NCBI GenBank assembly: GCA_036149055.1
Contig: JAYZQJ010000054.1
Location: 1 to 43,157 of the forward strand
Direction: 5' to 3'
DNA length: 43,157 nucleotides
Source of the DNA: Myxococcota bacterium
GTDB taxonomy: Bacteria; Myxococcota_A; Polyangia; Polyangiales; Sandaracinaceae
Positions 17,164 to 26,455 of the stretch are shown here, piece by piece. Position 1 is the stretch's first letter. Each line of letters opens with the position of its first letter. The notes beneath the pieces were generated by a model. The model was not told the origin of the DNA. It worked only from the letters and a program-made list of their open reading frames with translations, and made no database searches. Position numbers and translations under genes: made by a program.

Positions 17164-18321
17164 ATGGCGCTCTTGATGATCCCCGGTCCGATCGAGATCT
17201 CCGACGCGGTGCGCGAGGCGGCGGCGGGCCCGCCCCCCGGTCACCTCGCAGCGGACTTCATGGAGGCGTTCGGCGCCTCGCTGGAGAAGATGCGCGAGGT
17301 CTGGTGCGCGTCCTCCGACGCGCAGCCCTTCATCGTCGCCGGCAGCGGCACCATGGCGATGGAGATGGCGGTCTCGAACCTCCTCGCGCCCGGCGACAGC
17401 GCGGTCGTCGCCTCGAGCGGCTACTTCTCGCACCGCATCGCCGAGATGATCCGGCGCCGCGGGGTGGACGTGACGATCGTCGACTCCGAGCCCGGTGAGG
17501 CGCCCGATCACGAGGCGGTCGAGGCGGCGCTCCGCGAGGCTCGGCCCAAGGCGCTCTTCGCGACCCACGTGGACACCTCCACCGGCGTCCGGGTCGACGC
17601 GGAGGCCCTCGCTCGCCTCGCGCGGGCGCACGGCGCGCTCAGCGTCTTCGACGGCGTCTGCGCGACCGCGGCGGAGCGCTTCGAGATGGAGCGCTGGGGC
17701 GCCGACGTCTACCTGACCGCGTCGCAGAAGGCGATCGGCCTGCCGGCCGGGCTCGCCCTGATGGTGGTCAGCCCGCGCGCGCTCGCGGCCCGCGAGGCCC
17801 TGTCGAGCCCGCCGCCGATGTCGATGGACTTCGCCGAGTGGATCCCGATCATGCGCGCCTACGAGGAGCGCCGGCCGTCGTACTTCTCGACCCCGGCCAC
17901 CACCCTCGTGCGCGCGCTCCCGGTGGGGCTCGACGAGATCCTCACCGAGGGCATGGAGGCGCGCTTCGCGCTCCACGAGCGGGCCGCCCGCGCCTTCCGG
18001 GCCGCCTGGGCGTCGCTGGGGCTCAGGCTCCTGCCGGCGAGCGAGGACATCACCGCGAACACCCTGAGCGCCATCCGCTACCCCGAGGGCGTCGACGCCT
18101 CGCTCGTGGGCGCGATCAAGGCGCGCGGCGTGGTCGTCGCCGGCGGCCTCCACCCGAAGATCAAGGCCGAGTACTTCCGCGTCGGTCACATGGGCGCGGT
18201 GCTCTCGGACCGCGAGGCGCTGCACCGCACGGTCCGCGCGGTCGGCGAGGCGCTGGTCGAGAAGGGCCACGCCTGCGACGTGGACGCCGCGATCGGCGCG
18301 TTCGACGACGTCTTCGTGTGA
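17164..18321 (+). CDS. Alanine--glyoxylate/serine--pyruvate aminotransferase family (class V PLP enzyme)
   Basis: LMIPGP, GSGTMAME, HVDTSTG, DGVC, TASQKAIGLPAGL (PLP Lys), FRVGHMG. Confidence 0.93.
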   Translation: MALLMIPGPIEISDAVREAAAGPPPGHLAADFMEAFGASLEKMREVWCASSDAQPFIVAGSGTMAMEMAVSNLLAPGDSAVVASSGYFSHRIAEMIRRRGVDVTIVDSEPGEAPDHEAVEAALREARPKALFATHVDTSTGVRVDAEALARLARAHGALSVFDGVCATAAERFEMERWGADVYLTASQKAIGLPAGLALMVVSPRALAAREALSSPPPMSMDFAEWIPIMRAYEERRPSYFSTPATTLVRALPVGLDEILTEGMEARFALHERAARAFRAAWASLGLRLLPASEDITANTLSAIRYPEGVDASLVGAIKARGVVVAGGLHPKIKAEYFRVGHMGAVLSDREALHRTVRAVGEALVEKGHACDVDAAIGAFDDVFV

Positions 18322-18343
18322 AGCGACGGCGATGATGTGAGGC

Positions 18344-19102
18344 TCAGCGACGGCGCGGCCGCCGCCCCCTCCGTCGGCGAGGGCGCGGCGGCTCGCCCTC
18401 GTACCAGGGGTGGAAGGGCGCGGTGTCCACGCAGCGAGGCCGGTCGTCCACCGGGCAGTAGATCCGCACGTGGAAGTGGCTGCGGTGGTGCTCGCTCCCG
18501 GCCCGGGGCTCGGTGGCGAGGGCCACCCGCTCTCGCACGTCGTCCGACACGTCGAGGCGTCGCCCGGCGGCGAGCACCTGCTCCCGGAGGTCGGGGGCGA
18601 TGAGGATCCACTGCACGCCGGCCTCCGGGTCGGCGAGCAGCGCGGCGAAGAGCCAGAACGTGCGCGAGGCGTCGAGGCAGTAGGCGACGCCCCGATCGCG
18701 ACCGCAGCCGCCCTCGCCCAGCTCCACGAAGCGGCGCGCCTCGACCGGGGCGCCGTCTTCGTCCGTCAGCGCGTAGCCGACGTCGAGGTCCCGGCCGTTC
18801 TGGTGCGAGCGGTGCGGCGGCAGGCGGCCCCCGCGGCGACGCGACAGCGCCCCGACCATGACCCTCGGGCCCGGGCTCTGCTCGTGCAGGCCCTCGGCCG
18901 CGCGCGTGATGAGGCCGACCAGCTCCGCCGTGCCCCAGAAGTGCGCCGTGCTCGCCGGCTGCAGGACGAGGTGCTCGGTCTCGGCGATGCGCACTCCGTC
19001 CTCGAGCCGCCCGCGGTTGGGCGCGCCGATCGAGCGCGACGCGTGCTGCGCGAGCGCGAGCGACGGCGCGAGCCAGAGCAGGACGACGAGGGAGGGACGC
19101 AT
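18344..19102 (-). CDS. mepA: Penicillin-insensitive murein endopeptidase (M74, MepA-like)
   Basis: Signal peptide from ATG 19102; SIGAPNRGRL, WGTAELV, GGRLPPHRSHQNGRDLD, HRSHFHVRI. Confidence 0.85.
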   Translation of the reverse strand: MRPSLVVLLWLAPSLALAQHASRSIGAPNRGRLEDGVRIAETEHLVLQPASTAHFWGTAELVGLITRAAEGLHEQSPGPRVMVGALSRRRGGRLPPHRSHQNGRDLDVGYALTDEDGAPVEARRFVELGEGGCGRDRGVAYCLDASRTFWLFAALLADPEAGVQWILIAPDLREQVLAAGRRLDVSDDVRERVALATEPRAGSEHHRSHFHVRIYCPVDDRPRCVDTAPFHPWYEGEPPRPRRRRGRRPRRR

Positions 19103-19107
19103 GGCGG

Positions 19108-22100
19108 TCAGACGTCTCGAACTTCGCGGGATTCGCGCGCCGCTGCCAGTTTTTCGAGCACGCGCGCGTGGGTCGGGACGCGCCGCAGGAAGGCGTCGCG
19201 CCAGCCCTCGTCGCGAATTCTCGCGGCCCGCGCCTCGAGCGCCGCCGCCGCCTCCTCGAGCACCCGCGTCGCCTCCGCCCCGCGACCCGCCGCGTCGAGC
19301 GCCTCGGCGAACGCGAGCCGGATGAGCGCCTCGCCCTCCTCGAGCGCGTGGCTCGACAGCGCCGCGTGCGCTCGCTCCGCCTCCTCGAGCGCGCGCGCCG
19401 TCGCGCCGCCGGCCCGCAGGACGCGCGCGAGCACGGCCCGGGCGACCGCGCGGAAGCCGGGGACGGGCGTCAGCAACGCGACCGCCCGCTCGGCGGCCCT
19501 CGTCGCGCCCTCGTCGTCGCCCGCCCGCTGCAGGGTCTCGGCGAGGTAGAGGAGCGAGCCCGCCTCGAGCACGGGATCCTCGAGCGCGCGCGCGAGCCCG
19601 ACCGCGCGCTCCTCGGTCTCGCGGGCCTCGTCGAGCGCGCCGCGGCGCAGCAGCGCGTGGCCGAGGTTCTGGAGCGCGTAGCCCTCGATCACCCGGAGGC
19701 CCATGCGGCGCGCCGCGAAGAGCGCCTCGCGCAGCACGGCCTCCGCGCCCTCGACGTCGCCGAGCCCGGTGAGCGCGTTGCCGAGGCGGACCCGCTGGTT
19801 GCAGGCGTCGCGCGCGTCGCCGGCCTGCTCGTAGGCGCGGACCGCCTCGGTGGTCCCCTCGACGAAGGCGCCGAGGTCGCCGGCGCGCAGGGCGGCCGAC
19901 GCGCGCAGGGTCGCGATCCAGGCCCGCGGGAGGGGCTCGGTCGGGACGCGCGCGGCCAGCGCCTCCGCCCGCCCCATCGCCTCGTCGAACGCGCCCCGGT
20001 CGTCGGCGCCCAGGCCCGCGGCGGCCGCGCGGCAGAGCGCGACGACCTGCGCGCCCACCGCGTCGTCTCGCGCCTCGGCCGTCATCGCGCGGCGGCGCCA
20101 GCGGGCGAGCGCCTCGCCGTCCCGGAGGCGCCCCGCGGCGGCGAAGATCACCCCGAGGGCGCGGAACCACGGGCGGCCGCCCGGCTCGAGCGCGTCGGCG
20201 GCGGCGGTAGCGTGCTCCAGCGCCGGCGCGTACTCGCCGCGCCACCGGTGGGCGTCGGCCAGGGTCACGCGGATCGGCCCGGGATCCGCCGCCGCCTCGA
20301 GCGCGCGTTGGCCGAGCGCGATCGCGGCCGGCAGATCGTCGCCCTCGAGCGCCTGCTCCGCGGCCCGCCCGAGCCACGCCGCGGCCCGGTCCGGCGCGCC
20401 CCCCGCCTCGAAGTGCGCCGCGAGCACGAGGGCGTCCCGCTCGCCCGCGCGCTCCAGCCAGTCGCCGGCGAGGCGGTGACCGAGCCGCCGATCGTCCTCG
20501 GTCAACATCGCGAGCGCGGCCTCGCGGGTGAGCGCGTGGCGGAAGGTCAGCTCGCGCTCGCCCTCGAAGCGAGACGGCTCGCTCGGGTCGATCAGCTCGC
20601 TCCGGCGGAGCACCTCGAGGTGCGGCTCGCACGGGGACCCGCCGCCGAGCAGCGCCTCCACGCCGCCTCGCCAGAAGCGCCGCCCGAACACGCTCGCGGC
20701 CCGCAGCACCCGCCGGGTCGGCGCCTCGAGCCGGCCCAGCCGCGCCTCGACCATGCCGAGCACCGTGGTCGGCAGGCTCGCGTCCGGGCCGTGCGTCCAC
20801 ACCGCGCGCACCAGCTCCTCGAGGAAGAACGGGTTGCCGTCGGCGCGCTCGACGATCCGGGCGACGAGCGCGTCGTCGACCCCCTCGAGGGTGCGGCGGA
20901 CCAGCTGCTCGGCCGCCTTCGCGCGCAGCCGCGTCAGCCGCATCGGCTGCGCCTCGCGCTCCGCCCAGAGCTCGCCGAAGCGCTCCTCGATCTCGGGCCG
21001 GCCGGCGGCGAGCACGAAGAGCGGGGCGTCCGCGTGTTCGCGGAGCGCGGCGTCGAGGTAAGCGAGGCTCGGCGCGTCGCCGTGCTGGAGGTCGTCGAGC
21101 ACGATCGCGACCGGGCCGCGCCCCAGCGCCGCGCCGAGCCAGGTCAGGAACGCCTCCCGCATCGCGTCGCCGCGCAGCACCGGGTCGTCGATCCTCGCGT
21201 CCTCGGCCTCGAACGGGACCCTCGCCAGCTCGCCCAGCCGGGCGGCGAGGGGCCGCGCCGCGTCCCCGGGGACGGCCCGCGAGACCGCGCGCAGCAGCGC
21301 GTCGCGGCGGGCGTCGAGGGACTCGCCCTCCTGCAGCCCCGCGGCGGCGCGCACGAGCTGCCCGACCAGCGCGAAGGGCGACCCGGCCGCGACCGGATCG
21401 CCGCGCGCCGTCCAGACCTCGGCCTCCTCGTCCATCCGGACGCGCAGCTCGGTGATGAGCCGGCTCTTGCCCAGCCCGGCCGGCGCGGTCAGCACCACCG
21501 CGCGCGCCACCGGCTCCTCGACCGCCTCGAAGAAGAGGGCCTCGAGCGTGGCGAGCTCCCGGCGCCGCCCCACGCACGGGCTGACCTTGCCGAGCAGGGT
21601 GCGCGTGGTGGTCGGCGTGCGCCGCTCCCGGCCGAGGAGCGCGCTGGTCTCGTCGCGCTCCACCTCGAAGCGCCCGTCGAGCAAGCTCGCCATCGCGTCG
21701 TCCAGGCGGATGGCCCGCGCGTCACCGCCAGGAGGCAGCGCGGAGGGGTTCGGGGAGGGGCCCAGCGCGCCGCGCTTCAGGGTGGCGGCGCCGGCGAGCG
21801 CGCCGAGGAGCGCGCTGGCCCGCTCGATCACCTCGCCGACCGGGACCGGCCCGTGGAACTGGCCTCGGCCGGCCACCGCCGCCAGCGGCGCCTCCGGCAG
21901 CAGCTCTCGCAGCGCCATCGCGCAGCGCGCGGCGCGGACCGCCTGATCCACGGGCGCGCCGCCCTCGTCGACCCGCGCCACCATCGAGCCGTCGGCGAGC
22001 AGCTCGAGCGAGCCCCCGTGCGTCTGCACCGCCTCGCGCGCGCGCCCGAGCGCGTCGTCCTCGCCCGGTCGGAGCGTCGCGGCGTGCGCGAGCTGATGGA

Positions 22101-22992
22101 AGCGGCCGCCCGCGACCACCAGGCACCGCACCCGCTGCTCGCGCTCGGTGAGGGCGTCGGGGAGGGCGCGGCGCGCGGCCGGCTGCGCGGCGTCGAGGGC
22201 GCGACAGAGCGCGGCGAGCGCGGCTCCGTCGGCGGGGCGCGCGGCGGGATCCTTGGCCAGCAGGCGCATCGTCAGCGCGGCGATCGGCTCCGGCACCTCG
22301 GTGCGCTGCCGCACGTCGACCGGCTCCTCGAGCAGGATCGCGGCGAGCACCGCCATGAGGCTCTCGCTGCGGAAGGGCGGCTCGCCGGTCAGGATCTCGT
22401 AGAGCACCGCGCCCAGCGCGTAGACGTCGGCGCGCGCGTCCACTCCCTCGGCGGCGCGGGCCTGCTCGGGCGCCATGTAGAACGGCGTGCCGATGACCGT
22501 CCCGGTGGTGGTCAGGGTGTGGCCGGCGCCGAGCCCGCGCGCGATGCCGAAGTCGAGGACCTGCACGCGCGCCGGGTCGCGGTCCACGAGGAAGAGGTTC
22601 CCGGGCTTCACGTCGCGGTGCACGATGCCCGCCGCGTGCGCGGCGCCGAGGCCCGAGGCCGCGCCCTCGAGCGCGAGCACCGCCTCCGCCGGGCCGAGCC
22701 CGCCGCGCGCGATGCGCTCCCCCAGCGTCTCCCCCTCGAGCAGCGCCATCGCGAGGTACACCCGGCCGTCCGGCGTGCGGCCGTGATCGACGTAGCGCAC
22801 CACGTGCGGGTGGCGGACCCGGGCGAGCACGCGCGCCTCTCGCTCGAAGCGCGCGACGTCGATGGCGTCCTCACCGCTCAGCAGCTTGAGCGCGACCTCC
22901 TCGCCGCTGGCGGTGTCGCGCGCGCGGTGCACCACCCCCATGCCGCCGCGCCCCAGCTCGGCCAGGGTCTCGAATCGATCCGCCACGCGCAC
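19108..22992 (-). CDS. Hanks-type Ser/Thr kinase + degenerate cyclase-like domain + STAND/AAA_16 ATPase + TPR repeats
   Basis: Kinase LGRGGMG, VALK, HRDVKPGN, DFGIA, YMAPEQ. ATPase VGRRRELATL, APAGLGKSRL (Walker A), IVLDDLQHGD (Walker B), GNPFFLEEL. C-terminal helical repeats. Confidence 0.92.
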   Translation of the reverse strand: MRVADRFETLAELGRGGMGVVHRARDTASGEEVALKLLSGEDAIDVARFEREARVLARVRHPHVVRYVDHGRTPDGRVYLAMALLEGETLGERIARGGLGPAEAVLALEGAASGLGAAHAAGIVHRDVKPGNLFLVDRDPARVQVLDFGIARGLGAGHTLTTTGTVIGTPFYMAPEQARAAEGVDARADVYALGAVLYEILTGEPPFRSESLMAVLAAILLEEPVDVRQRTEVPEPIAALTMRLLAKDPAARPADGAALAALCRALDAAQPAARRALPDALTEREQRVRCLVVAGGRFHQLAHAATLRPGEDDALGRAREAVQTHGGSLELLADGSMVARVDEGGAPVDQAVRAARCAMALRELLPEAPLAAVAGRGQFHGPVPVGEVIERASALLGALAGAATLKRGALGPSPNPSALPPGGDARAIRLDDAMASLLDGRFEVERDETSALLGRERRTPTTTRTLLGKVSPCVGRRRELATLEALFFEAVEEPVARAVVLTAPAGLGKSRLITELRVRMDEEAEVWTARGDPVAAGSPFALVGQLVRAAAGLQEGESLDARRDALLRAVSRAVPGDAARPLAARLGELARVPFEAEDARIDDPVLRGDAMREAFLTWLGAALGRGPVAIVLDDLQHGDAPSLAYLDAALREHADAPLFVLAAGRPEIEERFGELWAEREAQPMRLTRLRAKAAEQLVRRTLEGVDDALVARIVERADGNPFFLEELVRAVWTHGPDASLPTTVLGMVEARLGRLEAPTRRVLRAASVFGRRFWRGGVEALLGGGSPCEPHLEVLRRSELIDPSEPSRFEGERELTFRHALTREAALAMLTEDDRRLGHRLAGDWLERAGERDALVLAAHFEAGGAPDRAAAWLGRAAEQALEGDDLPAAIALGQRALEAAADPGPIRVTLADAHRWRGEYAPALEHATAAADALEPGGRPWFRALGVIFAAAGRLRDGEALARWRRRAMTAEARDDAVGAQVVALCRAAAAGLGADDRGAFDEAMGRAEALAARVPTEPLPRAWIATLRASAALRAGDLGAFVEGTTEAVRAYEQAGDARDACNQRVRLGNALTGLGDVEGAEAVLREALFAARRMGLRVIEGYALQNLGHALLRRGALDEARETEERAVGLARALEDPVLEAGSLLYLAETLQRAGDDEGATRAAERAVALLTPVPGFRAVARAVLARVLRAGGATARALEEAERAHAALSSHALEEGEALIRLAFAEALDAAGRGAEATRVLEEAAAALEARAARIRDEGWRDAFLRRVPTHARVLEKLAAARESREVRDV

Positions 22993-23118
22993 GCGGCGAG
23001 TATCTCACGCCGTGGCCGGCAGGCGCGCCACGGGCGTGGCGTGGGGTCACGTCCACGCCGCCGAGCCCCGGGCGACGCGCCCGGAACGCGAGCTGCAGTC
23101 CCGCTCTCCGTGGACTGG

Positions 23119-24213
23119 ATGTCATTCGAGCTCGCGGACAACGAGGCGTGGCGCTGGCTGGCGGCGCTGGGCATCGCCGCCGGGACCATCGCCCTCGCGC
23201 GCCTCCTGCTCGGGCTGGTGCGGAGCCGGCTCGCGAAGGTGGCGCACCACACCGAGACCCGCGCCGACGACGTGGCCATCGACGTGATCGAGAGCACGCG
23301 CTGGTTCTTCTACGTCGGCCTCGGGATCTTCCTCGGCTCGCGGGTGCTCCAGCTCGACGAGTCGGTCCGCGACGGCCTGCTGGTCGCCGAGACCCTGGTG
23401 CTGCTGCTGCAGGTCGGCGTGTGGGGCACGCGGGCGATCCGCTCCACCGTCGAGGCGTGGCAGAAGAAGCACGGGCCGGACGCGGCGCATGGACGCTCGA
23501 CGATGGCGGCGGGGATCGCCTTCGTCGGTCAGCTGGTGCTCTGGACGGTCGTGCTCCTCATGGCGCTGTCGAACCTCGGCGTGGAGATCACGACGCTGAT
23601 CGCGGGGCTGGGCATGGGCGGCATCGCGGCGGCGCTCGCGGTGCAGAACATCCTCGGAGACCTCTTCGCGTCGCTCTCGATCTACTTCGATCGACCGTTC
23701 GATCTCGGCGACTTCATCATCGTCGGCGACGAGATGGGCACCGTCGACAGGATCGGTCTCCGGTCCACCCGCGTCCGGGCGCTCGGCGGCGAGCAGCTCA
23801 TCTTCGCCAACAAGGACCTCATCGAGAGCCGCATCCGGAACTACAAGCGCATGCGCGAGCGACGGGTCCTTGCCGAGATCGGAGTGCAGTACGACACCCC
23901 GGCGGACACGCTCGAGCAGGCCCCGCGCCTGATGCGCGAGGCGGTGGAGGCGGCGGACCACGCGCGCTTCGACCGCGCCCACTTCAAGGGCTTCGGCGAC
24001 TCGTCGCTGAACCTGGAGCTCGTCTACTGGGTGCTCAGCCCCGAGTACGACGTCTTCATGGACGTGCAGCAGGCGATCAGCTTCGGCGTGCTGCGTCGCT
24101 TCGAGGAGGCCGGCCTCCGCTTCGCCTTCCCGACCCGCACGATCCACGTGCGCCGGGAGGACGACGACGAGGCGGACGGACGAGACTGGGCCCCGCAGCC
24201 GACCGCGCATTGA
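23119..24213 (+). CDS. Small-conductance mechanosensitive channel (MscS family)
   Basis: ATG 23119; LIAGLGMGGIAAALAVQNILGDLFAS, DRPFDLGDFI, GTVDRIGLRSTR, IRNYKRM, IGVQYDT, FGDSSL, FAFPTRTI. Confidence 0.93.
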   Translation: MSFELADNEAWRWLAALGIAAGTIALARLLLGLVRSRLAKVAHHTETRADDVAIDVIESTRWFFYVGLGIFLGSRVLQLDESVRDGLLVAETLVLLLQVGVWGTRAIRSTVEAWQKKHGPDAAHGRSTMAAGIAFVGQLVLWTVVLLMALSNLGVEITTLIAGLGMGGIAAALAVQNILGDLFASLSIYFDRPFDLGDFIIVGDEMGTVDRIGLRSTRVRALGGEQLIFANKDLIESRIRNYKRMRERRVLAEIGVQYDTPADTLEQAPRLMREAVEAADHARFDRAHFKGFGDSSLNLELVYWVLSPEYDVFMDVQQAISFGVLRRFEEAGLRFAFPTRTIHVRREDDDEADGRDWAPQPTAH

Positions 24214-24225
24214 TATGCTCGCGGG

Positions 24226-24921
24226 GTGAAGCCCTCGGAGCTGGAGCGAGCGCTCTCTCAGGGTCGCGCGTGGTCGAGAGAGGAGCTCGGCCGGCTCGAT
24301 CCGACGCTGACCCGTCGGCTGGTCTGGGGCCAGTACGACCGCGGGCGCGTGACGCGGGTCTTCCGGCTCGAGGCGGACGGCGCCCGTGGCGTGGACGGCG
24401 AGGCGCTCGCGCTCGGCGAGGGGCCGGTGCGGCTCGTCCACCCGAGCGAGCTGTCGTCGGCGGAGCGCGCGGCGTGGGGGGACGCGCTCGCGGCGCTGTC
24501 GATCCTGCAGCCGATCCCGCAGCTCGCGCGCCCGGTCTACGCGCCCGCCGAGACCGATCGCGGCGGCGACACCCTGCGCGGCTTCCCGCGGCGCGACGTC
24601 GGCGCGGAGCGGGTGCGCCGGGTGCTCGAGGGAGGCGGCTGGGAGCCGGGCGAGCCCGACGAGCGGCTCCGCGTTCGCTTCTTCACCAAGCGCTTCGAGC
24701 GCGAGGCGGTGGTCGCGGTGCTCTGCCTCTCGCCGGGCCTCGCGCCGAACGGGGACGGCGCGGCCCAGACCCCGACGGAGGCGTTCTTCACCCACCGCGC
24801 GCCCGGCGGCCTGAGCGTCGCGCAGGCGCCGCGCCTCCCCCTCGACGACGTGCCGCCGGGCGTGCTCTCCGAGGTGCTGTTCGAGCTGGGCGGCCTCGAG
24901 GCGCGCGACACGATCCCGTGA
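24226..24921 (+). CDS. Stand-alone DUF4132 domain protein (C-terminal module of YehI/MolR-type proteins)
   Basis: LERALSQGRAWS, RRLVWG, FRLEADG, VRLVHPSEL..AAW....ILQPIPQLARPVY, terminal PLDDVPPGVLSEVLFEL. Confidence 0.75.
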   Translation: MKPSELERALSQGRAWSREELGRLDPTLTRRLVWGQYDRGRVTRVFRLEADGARGVDGEALALGEGPVRLVHPSELSSAERAAWGDALAALSILQPIPQLARPVYAPAETDRGGDTLRGFPRRDVGAERVRRVLEGGGWEPGEPDERLRVRFFTKRFEREAVVAVLCLSPGLAPNGDGAAQTPTEAFFTHRAPGGLSVAQAPRLPLDDVPPGVLSEVLFELGGLEARDTIP

Positions 24922-24961
24922 GCGCGCCGCTTTCTTGGGCGTCTCTCCGCGCGCTCGTACG

Positions 24962-25444
24962 ATGCGATCCATGTTCGAGCTGGTCCGTCCGCATCGCCGC
25001 CGCAGCGCCCGCCGCGCGTACCGCTCCCGCTGTCAGGCGGTCCGCCTCTCGGACTTCCGCCTGGTGGGCGAGCGCATCCTCGATCTCTCGCCGCGAGGCG
25101 CGCTGATCGCGTTCGACGACGAGGTCCAGCGAGGCGACGAGATCCTGCTCGACTTCCGCGCCCCCTGGCTCGGCCCGTTCGTCAGCGTGAGCGGCCGGGT
25201 CACCCGCGTCGTGCACGGCTGGCGGCAGGGCGACCCGGGCTACGCGGCCGCGATCGCCTTCGAGCACCTCGACCCCGACGCGGGCCGCGTGCTCCGCGAG
25301 CGCCTCGTGACGTTCCCGACCACGCGCCCCCAGCGCCGCGCGCCGGTCGACTACGCCGAGACCGTGCGCCGCATCGCCGCCCCGGATCCGAGCGGCCCCC
25401 CGCCGATCACGTTCATGCGCCGCGCCATCGTGCTCGGCCCGTAG
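24962..25444 (+). CDS. PilZ domain protein (putative c-di-GMP receptor)
   Basis: RRRSARR (RxxxR) and DLSPRG (D/NxSxxG) motifs, GRVTRV. Start at 24962 or 24971. Confidence 0.85.
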   Translation: MRSMFELVRPHRRRSARRAYRSRCQAVRLSDFRLVGERILDLSPRGALIAFDDEVQRGDEILLDFRAPWLGPFVSVSGRVTRVVHGWRQGDPGYAAAIAFEHLDPDAGRVLRERLVTFPTTRPQRRAPVDYAETVRRIAAPDPSGPPPITFMRRAIVLGP

Positions 25445-25880
25445 CCGGCGGGCGGCGGGATGGGCGCTCGCCACCGCTCGGCGGGCTGGCTCCTCGATGG
25501 GCGGGGCTTCGGCGGCGAATTGGCTCTCGCCAAGGCGCCAAGCCGCAAAGGGGCGGGCGGGCGGCGGGATGGGCGCTCGCCACCGCTCGGCGGGCTGGCT
25601 CCTCGATGGACGGGGCTTCGGCGGCGAATTGGCTCTCGCCAAGGCGCCAAGCCGCAAAGGGGCGTGCGGGCGGCGGGATGGGCGCTCGCCACCGCTCGGC
25701 GGGCTCCTCGATGGGCGGGCTTCGGTGGAAAACAATTTCACGCAAAGACGCGAAGACGCAAAGGGGTGGGCGGGCAGCGGGATGGGGCGCTCGCCACCGC
25801 TCGGCGGGCTGGCTCCTCGATGGGCGGGGCTTCGGTGGAGACTTGGTTTCACGCAGAGGCGCAGAGGCGCAGAGATGGGT
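25445..25880 (+). repeat. Tandem array of four ~104-111 bp REP/BIME-like units
   Basis: GCGGGATGGG(G)CGCTCGCCACCGCTCGGCGGGCT..CCTCGATGG..GCTTCGG with its ATG at 25460, 25569, 25678 and 25782. Each unit ends in a triple 8-mer (25528-25550, 25637-25659, 25741-25763, 25852-25874). Confidence 0.92.
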
Positions 25881-26194
25881 GGGCAGGGCGCTCGAGTGGG
25901 TGGCGCTTCGGTGCAGGGCCGAAGCGGACTGTCATGCGGTCGTTGGGCGGCGACGCCGCCATGGGGTGCGGGTTGCGCTGGCGTCCGTGCGAGAAGAACG
26001 AGGCTGCTGGGCGGGCGCGGAGGCTCGATCTCTGTGTTCTGAGCGCGCGCGCTCCGAAAAATCGCTCCCGGCAGGCTTCGGGGGAGGGGCGCGCACGGAG
26101 AACGCAACGAGCTCTCCTTTTTCGTTGGCGTCCTCGTCGCGATCGAGAGCTCTCATCAACTGGAGCGTGGAGACTCACGGAGAACGTCGAGCGT

Positions 26195-26209
26195 TTGACA
26201 TTCTGTCAG
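26195..26209. promoter_or_regulatory. Operator-like palindrome TGACA-N3-TGTCA overlapping a TTGACA hexamer
   Basis: TTGACATTCTGTCAG read directly; no matching -10 box or adjacent gene start seen. Confidence 0.3.
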
Positions 26210-26455
26210 TTTTTCCGTCGCAGTCGAGAAGAGCTATCGAGTAGAACGCGGAGACTCACGCGAAAGTCTTCGGAGAGCGTTTTGCGGGAGACTCCGCACG
26301 CAGAACGATGCGGCTCGTCGATTTCGAGGCGCGTGCCCGCGCGAAACGTCACCGGTAGACTTGCACGATGAGTTTGCGGCCGGGGCGCTCCATCGCTCGC
26401 CGCGGGAGCGCGGTGAGAGGACGCCTTCGACACGCTTCGGGCCTCGGGATCGGGC

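Noticed and set aside
18344..21577. 1077-aa ORF as a MepA fusion
   Set aside because: The upstream part is an alternative frame of the kinase gene; the signal peptide begins at ATG 19102.
19168..24213. 1681-aa giant MscS protein
   Set aside because: Only the part from ATG 23119 is MscS-like; the rest is antisense to the kinase gene.
25445..25880. CRISPR array
   Set aside because: Units are ~105-110 bp, the inter-core segments are homologous or identical rather than unique spacers, and there are no cas genes in the window.
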